DNA of 64,000 nt from contig JACPGU010000004.1 of NCBI GenBank assembly GCA_016188915.1, positions 40,198-104,197 on the forward strand, in the 5' to 3' direction. Made by a program: the position numbers and the translations under genes. The stretch's first letter is position 1, and every line of letters starts with the position of its first letter. Positions 19,151 through 28,245 of the stretch are shown piece after piece. Below the pieces are notes generated by a model. It saw only the letters and a list, made by a program, of their open reading frames with translations, was not told where the DNA came from and did not search any database. This DNA is from Candidatus Microgenomates bacterium. Lineage in GTDB: Bacteria; Patescibacteriota; JACPGU01.

Positions 19151-20800
19151 ATGAAAGATTTGATTAGACAGCGAATAAATAATGCCGTCAAAAAGAAATT
19201 TCAAATCAAAGATTTTGAATGCTCTTTAGATGTGCCAGATAATAACAAATTCGGCGATTATTCAACAAATTTGGCCTTTGCTTTGGCTAAAAAAACAAAG
19301 AAAAGTCCGAAGGAAATTGCCGAGGCCATAGCTCTGGAAATGGCCAAAATAAAAGATTTCCAAAAAGTAGAGGTAGCCGGCGGGGGATTCATCAATTTTT
19401 TTATAAATCCTGCTATTTTAGAAAAAGCCGTTGGAGAGATTTTGAAAGCGAAGAGGAAATATGGCAGTAGGGCAATAAATCAAAAAAACAACAAATCAAA
19501 AAAACAAAAAACTATGGTGGAATTCCTCTCCGCCAATCCGACCGGGCCGATGACTTTGGGTAACGGCAGGGGAGGATTTTCTGGTGATACATTGAGCAAT
19601 GTTTTGGCGCTATCCGGCCATAATATTTTCCGTGAATACTATATCAATGATGCTGGCAACCAAGTCAAAGAAGTACTCTCCAAGTCAGTAAAAAAAGCCC
19701 TAGGGATAGATCTCAAAATAGAAGAAGGAGAAGAGTTGTACGGAGGAGCGTATATTGAAGAAATAGCGCGCAAAATCAAAAAAGAAAAGGGGATAGAATG
19801 GGTCGCCAAAACACATAGCAGGGTAGGAGTCTTGGCGGCTAAAATTATTTTGCAAAATTTGATAAAAAAAGATGTCAAAAGTTTTGGCATCCGCTACGAC
19901 AATTGGCTTTCGGAAGAAAGCTTACACAAAAAGGGCCTACTGGACAAAACATGGAAGATTTTGATTAAAAAAAATATGGTTTATGAAGAAGAAGAGGCCT
20001 ATTGGCTGAAGACTACTAAATACGGCGATGACAAAAATAGGGTGATCAAAACCAATGAAGGCAATTATACCTATCTGATGGGTGATATTGCCCTACTCTA
20101 TGATCGTTTTGTTTTGCGCAAATTTGACAAAGTAATTGTTTTCGTTGGGGCGGACCATCATGGCTATCTGGGCCGTTGGTATGCCGCCTGTGAGATGTTG
20201 GGGATAAAAAAAGATAGATTGGTAATCATTGTTATGCAAATAGTTCGCGCGATCCAAAGCGGCGAGGAAGTGAGGATGAGCAAAAGAAAGGGGACATTCA
20301 TTACTTTGCGCGAAGTAGTAGAAGACATAGGACTGGACGCGGCTAGATATTTTTTCATTTCTCGCGATTTTAACACCCATATTGATATAGATTTGGATTT
20401 GGCCAAAGAAGAAAACAATAGAAACCCGGTTTACTATATCCAGTATGCTTCGGCGAGAATGAATAGTGTGCTCGCTAAAGTGAGAAATCACAAAAGACGA
20501 ATCACAAAACATAAAAAAATCTCAAATCTTAATGACCAAAATTCTAAATATGAATTGGATTTGATAAAAAAAATGCTAGAATGGCCGGGGCTGATTTCTG
20601 AAATAGCGGGTAATTTCCAAGTGTATAAAGTAGCCAATTACGCCTATGAATTAGCGGGAGTATTCCACAGGTTTTACGATAATTGTCGGATCATTGGAGA
20701 CGAAAGAGAAAAAGAAAGACTACTTTTGATCAGGGCTAGCAAAATTATTCTGGAAAGCGTGTTAAGGGTTATGGGCATAGAGGCCAAAAAAAAGATGTAA
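19151..20800 (+). CDS. argS: Arginine--tRNA ligase
   Basis: GDYSTN, SANPTGP, GADHHGY, MSKRKG, YIQYA. Confidence 0.96.
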   Translation: MKDLIRQRINNAVKKKFQIKDFECSLDVPDNNKFGDYSTNLAFALAKKTKKSPKEIAEAIALEMAKIKDFQKVEVAGGGFINFFINPAILEKAVGEILKAKRKYGSRAINQKNNKSKKQKTMVEFLSANPTGPMTLGNGRGGFSGDTLSNVLALSGHNIFREYYINDAGNQVKEVLSKSVKKALGIDLKIEEGEELYGGAYIEEIARKIKKEKGIEWVAKTHSRVGVLAAKIILQNLIKKDVKSFGIRYDNWLSEESLHKKGLLDKTWKILIKKNMVYEEEEAYWLKTTKYGDDKNRVIKTNEGNYTYLMGDIALLYDRFVLRKFDKVIVFVGADHHGYLGRWYAACEMLGIKKDRLVIIVMQIVRAIQSGEEVRMSKRKGTFITLREVVEDIGLDAARYFFISRDFNTHIDIDLDLAKEENNRNPVYYIQYASARMNSVLAKVRNHKRRITKHKKISNLNDQNSKYELDLIKKMLEWPGLISEIAGNFQVYKVANYAYELAGVFHRFYDNCRIIGDEREKERLLLIRASKIILESVLRVMGIEAKKKM

Positions 20801-20828
20801 AAAAATCTGCCAAATGGCAGATTTTTTT
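20801..20828. terminator. Bidirectional terminator between convergent genes
   Basis: AAAAATCTGCCA-AA-TGGCAGATTTTTTT. Confidence 0.75.
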
Positions 20829-20847
20829 ACATTCAATTGACTATTTT

Positions 20848-23073
20848 TTACATCGGCAAAGAATAAACAGCCGTACCCGAGAGAACATAGACTTTGTTTT
20901 CTTCAGGAGAAACCCACATATCTTTAAGGTCAGTAAATTTATCGCTTAGATACTGCAGGCGATAATTGCCTTCTTTGTCAAAAATAACCACGCGGCGACC
21001 GCCAGCGTCCAAAACATAGATATTGTCCAAATCTTTATTAGTGTAAATTTTCAAAGGATCAAGCAGACGGTTGGCCGCTGTTTTATCTGGATTGCTGGTA
21101 TCTACCAATTCTGGCATACCTATTATTCTGAAGGCTGTTTTTTCTCCGGAGAGGAATTGGATGATCTCGCCATTTTTTTTCAAAACATAGACAGCGCCAT
21201 CTATGGTGAGATCAATAGCGTCAGATAGATCAGCGCCGGTAGAGACAATGTAATTACTTTTGGCGCCGTAAGAATTAGCCAGAGCAACATATTTGTATAT
21301 CTGGTTATCCTTTGGCGATAATAAATAGAGATTGTTAAAAAAAGTTCCAATGCCGGATGTTTCCGGCCAAGTTTCTCCGGTAATTTGAGTATCGGGCGTC
21401 AAAGAACGGCTAGGGGAGTCAAAGGTATAAATATTAGAAGGGTCTTTGGTCGCAAAAATCATCATATTTTTGTCATCAGGGGTAGTTATGTCGCTTAAGG
21501 CGCCGTCAAAATAGGCAGAAGAAATATTTTCAGCCGTACTGGAATCGGTATTGAACGCGACAATATTTTTCCTTTCTTTGTCGGAAGAAAAGATGAAATT
21601 TTTTGCTTTGAATAGACCCTGGAGCTGGATATTGGGGTCCAAACTATTGAATTCGGCTATCGGCTGGATGTCGGAGATTCTGACTATTTGGAACATTTTT
21701 TCTATCTCACCATCTATCTGGCGCGCCAGAGCTGTTATCTCATTTGCCATATATCTGGAAGAAAGGAGTTCTTTTATCTCTTTTTGAGCATCAGTCAAAA
21801 GAGAACGCGATTTTTTCTCATCGCCTAATTCTTGCGCCTTGATAGCCCCTTCGGTTTTGGTCCTGACTATATCATATTGAGTTTCTATATTTTTATGCAG
21901 AGTCGCTACCTTTCTTTGCTGGTAAGAATAAGTGCCAGAGATGGCCACCGCGATAATTAAAAGAATCCCTCCTACGGCAAAAAGCTGGCTTCTTTCTTTG
22001 GTTTTGCTAACAAATTCTTTAGTCTCTACAAAAATATTCTCCAAATTTTTCTTAGAAGAAGTGAAAAAATTCTTTCTTGGCGCGGAAAAAAGCTCTTGTT
22101 GGGGGGTGAGATCTTCTTTATCTGAAATTTTGTTTTCCTTGTCCCAGAATTGTTCACCCTGGATTTTTTGTTTTTGTGATAATTCGTTGATTTTTTCACC
22201 GACTCTTCGGGAAGCTTCTTTGGAAAAGGAGCTAATGCCAACAGAGATTTTTTCTTCATAAATAGTTTTGGATTTCTCTAGACTTTTTTTAGAAACATCC
22301 AAAAAAGCGCCAACTACCGGTTTTATTTTGCTGGCGTATTTTTCCAGGTTAGTCTCGCCCAGCCATTCTGTTACTTGCGGTTTTTCATCTTCCGTCACGG
22401 ATTCCTCATCGTTTACTTCAATTATCAAAGCATTGATAGACTCCACCTCTTCTTTGCGGAGAGATTTGACGATATAGGTGGCAGCATTGGCAGGAGAAAA
22501 TTTGGCGATAACGCGACGCAAATCCTCTAAAGAAAAATGGTAGAAAAGTTCAGAAGTAGAAACCATTATTTTGTCGCCCAGCATCAAATCTCCCGAAGCG
22601 ATATTGACGAAGGTTTTGAGGGGATTGGGGCGGTCGTTGGCGCCGGATAGGCCTTCGGTGACATGAATGATCTGATTATCGCGAACCATATAGGTTTCGG
22701 CGGTACCAGCTTGGGTGATGTGCAAGAGATCTTTTTCCAAAACGGCGATGACGCCATTGATTTTACCGATCCAGGCAACTTCGCCCTCTTCAGCCAATTC
22801 GGCCAAGGCTTCATTGACTTTTTTCAAAGAAATTTCCAAAGCATCTAATCCGCTACCCAGACTTTGATAATATTCTTCAATAATGATGCTTTCAATCATT
22901 TTGGCGACTTTGTTCATGGAGGGGTCGGCCGACATTATCTCCAGAACAAAATACAAAATACCATGGTCTCGTTCCTCTTGATCGTTAGGGCGGAAGATAG
23001 AAACCAGGGTATAGCGGTCAGGACTTTTCTGACGGGAGAGGATTTTACCTACTTTTGTAATATATGAGGACAT
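20848..23073 (-). CDS. Hypothetical membrane protein (PP2C-like N-terminus, central TM, beta-propeller C-terminus)
   Basis: 741-aa ORF; LHITQAGTAETYMVRD resembles a degenerate PP2C fold; propeller-type repeats IYVLDAGGRRVVIFDKEG. Confidence 0.55.
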   Translation of the reverse strand: MSSYITKVGKILSRQKSPDRYTLVSIFRPNDQEERDHGILYFVLEIMSADPSMNKVAKMIESIIIEEYYQSLGSGLDALEISLKKVNEALAELAEEGEVAWIGKINGVIAVLEKDLLHITQAGTAETYMVRDNQIIHVTEGLSGANDRPNPLKTFVNIASGDLMLGDKIMVSTSELFYHFSLEDLRRVIAKFSPANAATYIVKSLRKEEVESINALIIEVNDEESVTEDEKPQVTEWLGETNLEKYASKIKPVVGAFLDVSKKSLEKSKTIYEEKISVGISSFSKEASRRVGEKINELSQKQKIQGEQFWDKENKISDKEDLTPQQELFSAPRKNFFTSSKKNLENIFVETKEFVSKTKERSQLFAVGGILLIIAVAISGTYSYQQRKVATLHKNIETQYDIVRTKTEGAIKAQELGDEKKSRSLLTDAQKEIKELLSSRYMANEITALARQIDGEIEKMFQIVRISDIQPIAEFNSLDPNIQLQGLFKAKNFIFSSDKERKNIVAFNTDSSTAENISSAYFDGALSDITTPDDKNMMIFATKDPSNIYTFDSPSRSLTPDTQITGETWPETSGIGTFFNNLYLLSPKDNQIYKYVALANSYGAKSNYIVSTGADLSDAIDLTIDGAVYVLKKNGEIIQFLSGEKTAFRIIGMPELVDTSNPDKTAANRLLDPLKIYTNKDLDNIYVLDAGGRRVVIFDKEGNYRLQYLSDKFTDLKDMWVSPEENKVYVLSGTAVYSLPM

Positions 23074-23303
23074 TTTGGAGTCAATTTATAGTTTTTTGGT
23101 GTTACCACCAGGTATAGTAATTAAAAGCTTAACTTCAGGCAGATTGCGATAAAGCACACAAACAACAAAACCGAAAACCTTTGTTTTTGTTTCTTACATC
23201 ATATTTTAGGCTGGTAGAATATTTTTACAAGAGGGAGTTTTTGGGGAAAAGATAGGGCTAGGAAATTAAAAAATTAAAAAAATAATGAATTAGAGCCTTT
23301 CTT

Positions 23304-23801
23304 CTATGGGGGCGTAGGGGCGTGCTTGAGATGATTATTCTTGGCGTATAGTCCCAAAATGAAAAGCAAGGCGGAATCAATGGCAGAAATCACGCACCAG
23401 GCGCAGATAGCTCCGATGACGAAGATTTGGAGATAGACGAAATAGAAAGAAGCGACAAAGCCGATGGGGGTAATGTAGCGTAGGGCGTCTAGCTTGTCTG
23501 CTCGCCTCACTGAAGCTTGGTCGAAGCGGGCCGGCGAGGCAGGTGTAAAGCGTCTAGTTTTTGGTAGTAGCCCCAAGATACTCAAAAGAAATATGATAAA
23601 ATAGTAAATTATTCCATAGACAGCGATATAGACACCGAAAATTTCCGAATATTTAGAGGTCGTGACAATATCACAGCCACTACCCAAAATACACACCAAA
23701 GAAGTTGAAACGTAATGCTCATAAGTTAAATATATTGAATCTGCCAGTCCAATTAGGGAAAGAATCAAAAAACCGGCTAAAATCCATGATTTTTTTTGCA
23801 T
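23304..23801 (-). CDS. Vitamin K epoxide reductase (VKOR) family protein
   Basis: DSIYLT, C..GSGCDIVTTSKYS, ICAWC redox motif; carries a 17-aa insertion. Confidence 0.9.
   Translation of the reverse strand: MQKKSWILAGFLILSLIGLADSIYLTYEHYVSTSLVCILGSGCDIVTTSKYSEIFGVYIAVYGIIYYFIIFLLSILGLLPKTRRFTPASPARFDQASVRRADKLDALRYITPIGFVASFYFVYLQIFVIGAICAWCVISAIDSALLFILGLYAKNNHLKHAPTPP
23493..23543 (-). repeat. 51-bp GC-rich nested palindromic insertion, in frame in VKOR
   Basis: CCTGCCTCGCCGG[CCCGCTTCGACCAAGCTTCAGTGAGGCGAG]CAGACAAG encoding PASPARFDQASVRRADK. Confidence 0.7.
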
Positions 23802-23843
23802 AAAATACTTTTTGACTTAATACTTAATACTATAACAATCCCC

Positions 23844-24308
23844 ATGAAGAATCTAGCCGTTATCGCGCACAATATTCGTTCGCTCCATAATGTAGGGTCT
23901 ATTTTTCGTACCGCGGAGGGGGCGGGAGTGGATAAAATTTTTTTGACTGGCTATACCGGTCGGCCACCAAGAAAAGAAATAGCCAAGGTCGCCTTGGGTT
24001 CAGAGGATAGGGTACCGTGGGAATACACAAAAGATGTTGGGAGATTGATCGGGCGGCTGAAAGGCAAAGGATTTCAGGTCGTGACCCTGGAACAGGGGAG
24101 GACAGCGGTGGATTATAAAAAATATAAACCAAGGGGCAAGATCGCCCTAATCATTGGCAATGAGGTGAGGGGAGTGTCTAAAAAATTGCAAGAGCTATCT
24201 GATATTGTTATTGAAATCCCGATGTTGGGAGACCGCCGTTCTCTCAATGTTTCGGTAGCCTTTGGTATTGTTGCCTTTCACCTCGCCAATTTTTTGAAAA
24301 AAGTTTAA
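23844..24308 (+). CDS. TrmH/SpoU family RNA methyltransferase
   Basis: NIRSLHNVGSIFRTA, IGNEVRG, IPMLG..SLNVSVA SPOUT motifs. Confidence 0.92.
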   Translation: MKNLAVIAHNIRSLHNVGSIFRTAEGAGVDKIFLTGYTGRPPRKEIAKVALGSEDRVPWEYTKDVGRLIGRLKGKGFQVVTLEQGRTAVDYKKYKPRGKIALIIGNEVRGVSKKLQELSDIVIEIPMLGDRRSLNVSVAFGIVAFHLANFLKKV

Positions 24309-24310
24309 TC

Positions 24311-24384
24311 TGGTCGGGATGCCGAGAATCGAACTCGGTCTACACCCACCCCATGGGCGCGTACTACCGGCATACTCCATCCCG
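24311..24384 (-). tRNA. tRNA-Pro(GGG)
   Basis: CGGGATG/CATCCCG acceptor stem, CGCCC-ATGGGGT-GGGTG anticodon arm, encoded CCA. Confidence 0.93.
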
Positions 24385-24430
24385 AAAACATAAAATCCTA
24401 TAGCATTATACCTAATTTTTCTCAATAAAA

Positions 24431-24592
24431 AAATCTGCTCTCTGAATGGGACGAAAGGAAGATCGTGACCTAGATATACTAGGTGGGTGTTCTCGGATTG
24501 CCTCCACGGAAGCAATCTATGATGAACTCCCTAGATTTGAGCGTAGGTCGATCTTAGACCATCCCATTCAGGTAGCAGATTTAAAAATACCT
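24431..24592 (-). ncRNA. ssrS: 6S RNA candidate
   Basis: Rod-like hairpin with G-U pairs on the minus strand, GGGAGTTC...GAGAACACCCACC motif pair, upstream promoter. Confidence 0.75.
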
Positions 24593-24598
24593 GTGGAT

Positions 24599-24627
24599 AT
24601 CTTAAAGTCTTATACTTATATTGTAAA
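24599..24627 (-). promoter_or_regulatory. Promoter of the 6S RNA candidate
   Basis: TTTACA-17-TAAGAT on the minus strand. Confidence 0.6.
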
Positions 24628-24635
24628 CCGATTTT

Positions 24636-25319
24636 CTATAATAGGGAAGACAGATATTTTAGCGCTATGTCTAGCGGATAAAGTAGAGTGGAGATGACAA
24701 AAGACAAAATTCTTTCTATCCAAGTAATTAGTGGCACAAGGATAGGTATTCTCAAAAAATATTCCACGAAAATAATCGTCAGTAAAAGAATAGGCCCCGA
24801 TTTTTCCAGCCTATCAACCGCATCTCGCATACTTTCTGGCGCTATAGCGCTTAATATTTTTGATCCATCCAAAGGGTAAATAGGCAGAATATTAAAGGCC
24901 GCCAAGAGCAGATTGACTTGGACTATTATCCCAATGATAGTTAGAGGATAGGTATTATAAGCATCAAATCCATATTGGTCGGCTATCAAAAGGGGGATAG
25001 ACAGAATTAAGGCAAGTAAAAAATTAGCGGTTGGTCCGGCTATTGATACTTTGAGCTCATCGTAGCGATTTTTCAAGGCATTGGGGTTGACCGGCACTGG
25101 TTTGCCCCAGCCGAAACCAACGAAAAGTAAAAAAAGAGTGCCTGTCGGATCAAAATGGCGAGCAGGATTGAGCGACAATCTGCCGGCGTATTTGGCGGTA
25201 AAATCGCCCAAACGAGTCGCCATCCAGGCATGGGCGAACTCATGAACGGTTAGTCCAATAATAATAGCCAATAAGAAAGCCAATAAGGCTAGAGGGCTAG
25301 AGAAAAGATCAAGTAGCAT
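24636..25319 (-). CDS. Site-2 protease (peptidase M50)
   Basis: HEFAH, AGPTAN, NILPIYPLDG. Confidence 0.93.
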   Translation of the reverse strand: MLLDLFSSPLALLAFLLAIIIGLTVHEFAHAWMATRLGDFTAKYAGRLSLNPARHFDPTGTLFLLFVGFGWGKPVPVNPNALKNRYDELKVSIAGPTANFLLALILSIPLLIADQYGFDAYNTYPLTIIGIIVQVNLLLAAFNILPIYPLDGSKILSAIAPESMRDAVDRLEKSGPILLLTIIFVEYFLRIPILVPLITWIERILSFVISTLLYPLDIALKYLSSLL

Positions 25320-25459
25320 AAAGATTTTGCTTTAAGTGATTGATGTTTGGAAGGACAGAAAAAGGTAAATGAGATTTTTTGCTAGACAAAATAAATATCT
25401 TTTGATAAAATAACAAAGCTAACTAACCATAAATTTAATCTTACTTGAGGAATTCTATT

Positions 25460-25657
25460 ATGTCAAAAGTGTGTGAAATGTGCGGAAAAACCAGGACTTC
25501 CGGTAGTAATGTCTCTCATTCTAATAGGCATACCCGGAGAGTTTTTAATCCCAATTTGCAAAAAGCCACCCTGGTTGTCGATGGCGTTAAAATACAAACC
25601 AAAATTTGCACCACTTGCATCAAAACTCGCGGTAAATCAAAAAAAAATAAAAAGTAA
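25460..25657 (+). CDS. rpmB: 50S ribosomal protein L28
   Basis: MSKVCEMCGK..SGSNVSHS..TRRVFNPNLQ..CTTC. Confidence 0.95.
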   Translation: MSKVCEMCGKTRTSGSNVSHSNRHTRRVFNPNLQKATLVVDGVKIQTKICTTCIKTRGKSKKNKK

Positions 25658-25664
25658 AAATCCC

Positions 25665-25949
25665 CTAGGCAGCGGGGGATTTTTTGATATAGCAGTCAAA
25701 ACAAATGGTTTCTTCGTCAGGAGCTAGGTCTTGGGTGATGATAGATTTTTTGCCGCAAATTTTGCAAGTAATTTCTTTTTCTTTGGCTTCTTCAGCTTTT
25801 TGCTCCTGTTTTTTTTTGGCGCGACAGGCACGACAACGGCGGGGGGCTTCCTTGAACCCTTTTTTGGCAAAATAAGCCTGTTCGGATTTATCCCAAACGA
25901 ATTCATTACCGCACTCTTGGCATTCTAATGTTTGGTCTTGGAATTGCAT
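25665..25949 (-). CDS. Zinc-ribbon protein (CxxC pairs)
   Basis: FQDQTLECQECGNEFVW..EQAYF..KGF..PRRCRACR plus second CxxC..CxxC. Confidence 0.8.
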   Translation of the reverse strand: MQFQDQTLECQECGNEFVWDKSEQAYFAKKGFKEAPRRCRACRAKKKQEQKAEEAKEKEITCKICGKKSIITQDLAPDEETICFDCYIKKSPAA

Positions 25950-26080
25950 ATAAAATAGTTAACAGCTAATAATTAAAAGTGAAAATTAGGTAAGGGATAA
26001 TACCTTTCGCTTGCATTATACGCCGGATTGATTTTTTAATAAAGCGACAAAGTGCTATAATCTCTTCGGGGAGAAAAAAG

Positions 26081-26917
26081 ATGTATCCAAAACAATGGAG
26101 TTTTTTTGGGAAGGCTTTAGCTGGCGATCGGTTGCACCACGCTTATATTTTTTATGGTCCGGGACACCAAGAAAAAAAAGATTTTATTTTACAGCTAGCC
26201 GCTTTGGCGCAATGCGCGAAGCCTTCTGAGCAAAAACCATGCGGCGAATGTGTTAATTGCCAAGCATTAGTTAGCAAAAGAAGAGTAGATACTTTCATTA
26301 TTGACCAACAAGAAAATATATCCATTGATACTATCAGAGAAGCGCAGAGATTTTTGGGGCTTACCAAAACTACAGGATTAAAAAAGATTTTGATAATCAA
26401 CGGTTTTGAAAAAATGCGGCCGGAAGCGCACGATACTCTGCTCAAAATTTTTGAGGAACCGCCAGTCGATACTTTGATTTTGCTAGCCGTAGAAAATATA
26501 ACAAATATTCCAAAAACTATCCTGTCGCGTTGTCATAGCGTCTATTTGCCAGGGCTGGGATTGTCAATCGGTGATTTGTCTCCCGAAGAAATAAAGACTA
26601 TCTGGCAAGAATGTGAAATTATTTTAGGAGTAAAAAATTTTGCCAAATTAGAGCTAGCTTTTCAGACTAGCGAGCTGGAAAATCCTGCCGATAGGATAAA
26701 ATGGTGGCTGATTTTCCTTAATTCTTTTTTGGTGGTTTATCATGGGGGAGAGCAGGATAACCAGATAGAAAATATTTTTTTACCCCTCTTGGAAAAAAAC
26801 ATCAATCATGCTAAAATATACAGGGCTGTTGAGGAAATAGCCTTGCTTTTGTCTAAAGTAGAAAACACCAATACTCTGACGCGTTTGGCTATAGAAGATG
26901 CCTTGTTGCGTGTCTAG
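26081..26917 (+). CDS. holB: DNA polymerase III subunit delta-prime
   Basis: RLHHAYIFYGP, PCGECVNC zinc cluster, LLKIFEEPP, TILSRC. Confidence 0.85.
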   Translation: MYPKQWSFFGKALAGDRLHHAYIFYGPGHQEKKDFILQLAALAQCAKPSEQKPCGECVNCQALVSKRRVDTFIIDQQENISIDTIREAQRFLGLTKTTGLKKILIINGFEKMRPEAHDTLLKIFEEPPVDTLILLAVENITNIPKTILSRCHSVYLPGLGLSIGDLSPEEIKTIWQECEIILGVKNFAKLELAFQTSELENPADRIKWWLIFLNSFLVVYHGGEQDNQIENIFLPLLEKNINHAKIYRAVEEIALLLSKVENTNTLTRLAIEDALLRV

Positions 26918-26972
26918 GCAATCGCTATTATAATGAAGACTGCTCATATTTTCTAACAATAAAACAATATCT

Positions 26973-27674
26973 ATGGCAGGTATTATATTGATTTTGGCCT
27001 TGGCTGGTATTTTTATTATGATAGCGCGTAAAATGCCGGAGGCTTTGGAAACTTTGGGTCGTCGACAAAATGGCGGAGAAGACTCTGGCGCGGCCAAAAT
27101 GAATAAATTCAGCAGTACCGAAGAAGAGGAAGCAAAAAAGAAAAAAAATGGCAAAAAAACCAATCGTTCAGTGCCACGCTTCGTTAAGGCTTCTGACGAG
27201 GCGATCAATGAAATTTTAGATAAAACTGATGGCTTGATAGAGCAAAAAGAATATGAGCAAGCCGAAAAATTTTTGATTGACGAGATAGAGCAAGCGCCTA
27301 CCAATGCCAAGCTTTACAACAAATTGGGCATTATTTATTTGGAGCAGGAAAATTTTTCTGATGCCAAAGAATCTTTCAAAACTGCTTTGAAATATGATAA
27401 AAATAATGATTTGATTTATAACAATTTGGGTTTGGCTCTTTTCAACCAGGGTCGCTATATAGAATCCATTGAAGCTTATAAAAAATCTATTCAATTAAAC
27501 GGCCTGGTGCCGCATCGCTATATCAATTTGGGTTTGGCTTTCGCGGCGTTAAGAGAATTTGGCAAGGCTCTGGATGCTTATAAAAAAGCGCAAGTTTTGG
27601 ACAAAGACAATAATGACTATCAGAAATTAATTAAGGAAGCGACAGAAAAATTAGCGGAAACCTCCATCGCATAA
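26973..27674 (+). CDS. Membrane-anchored TPR protein
   Basis: N-terminal TM, tandem TPR motifs (YNKLGIIY, YNNLGLAL, YINLGLAF). Confidence 0.85.
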   Translation: MAGIILILALAGIFIMIARKMPEALETLGRRQNGGEDSGAAKMNKFSSTEEEEAKKKKNGKKTNRSVPRFVKASDEAINEILDKTDGLIEQKEYEQAEKFLIDEIEQAPTNAKLYNKLGIIYLEQENFSDAKESFKTALKYDKNNDLIYNNLGLALFNQGRYIESIEAYKKSIQLNGLVPHRYINLGLAFAALREFGKALDAYKKAQVLDKDNNDYQKLIKEATEKLAETSIA

Positions 27675-27805
27675 GACAATCTAGCGAAATCCTGCCGGCA
27701 AGATTTCAGATTAAATTCAGATTAAATAGAGAACGGCAAAAATGGGAGCACTTGCGTTGTAGTTTAAAAATTAAAAATTATAAAATTAAAAATTAATTAG
27801 ATAGT

Positions 27806-27888
27806 GGTGGGATACCGAAGCGGTCAAACGGGGCAGACTGTAAATCTGTTGGCTTACGCCTTCGTAGGTTCGAATCCTACTCCCACCA
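27806..27888 (+). tRNA. tRNA-Tyr(GTA)
   Basis: GGTGGGA/TCCCACC, GCAGA-CTGTAAA-TCTGT, long variable arm. Confidence 0.96.
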
Positions 27889-27956
27889 TTTATTAAGTGA
27901 AAAGTGAGTCAGTAGATAAGAGCTTCTGACTTTTTATTAACTTTTCACTATGATTT

Positions 27957-27994
27957 GCCATCGTAGCTCAGTTGGTAGAGCATTTCCATGGTAA
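27957..27994 (+). pseudogene. 5' half of host tRNA-Thr(GGT), ending in the attL core
   Basis: GCCATCG-TA-GCTC-AGTTGGTA-GAGC-A-TTTCC-ATGGTAA, then unrelated sequence; partner half at 43858-43899. Confidence 0.92.
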
Positions 27995-28126
27995 TTATTT
28001 AGACGTAACAAATTCCTACCAAAATAAGGATTTTGTAAGTTACCAAAGCCACTTAATCTCTCTGATGGTTTTTTTGACGGGAATGTCTTACCAAGAAGCG
28101 ACCATCGGAAGGGAAATAAAGAAAGA

Positions 28127-28198
28127 GCCGATGTAGTTTAGCGGTAAAACGTCGCCATGGTAAGGCGAAGACCTCGGGTTCGATTCCCGACATCGGCT
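28127..28198 (+). tRNA. Island-borne complete tRNA-Thr(GGT)
   Basis: GCCGATG/CATCGGC, GTTT/AAAC, TCGCC-ATGGTAA-GGCGA, TCGGG-TTCGATT-CCCGA. Confidence 0.95.
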
Positions 28199-28245
28199 TT
28201 AGATAATAAAAGATACTGCCACCAAGGAAGGAGGTGGTATTTTTT

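Noticed and set aside
26081-26200. Degenerate Walker A in holB as a sign of pseudogenisation
   Set aside because: Delta-prime subunits are normally ATPase-inactive.
27686-27707. Palindrome GAAATCCTGCCGGCAAGATTTC as a mobile mini-element
   Set aside because: Adequately explained as a 3' hairpin after the TPR gene; similarity to the VKOR insert is limited to a short core.
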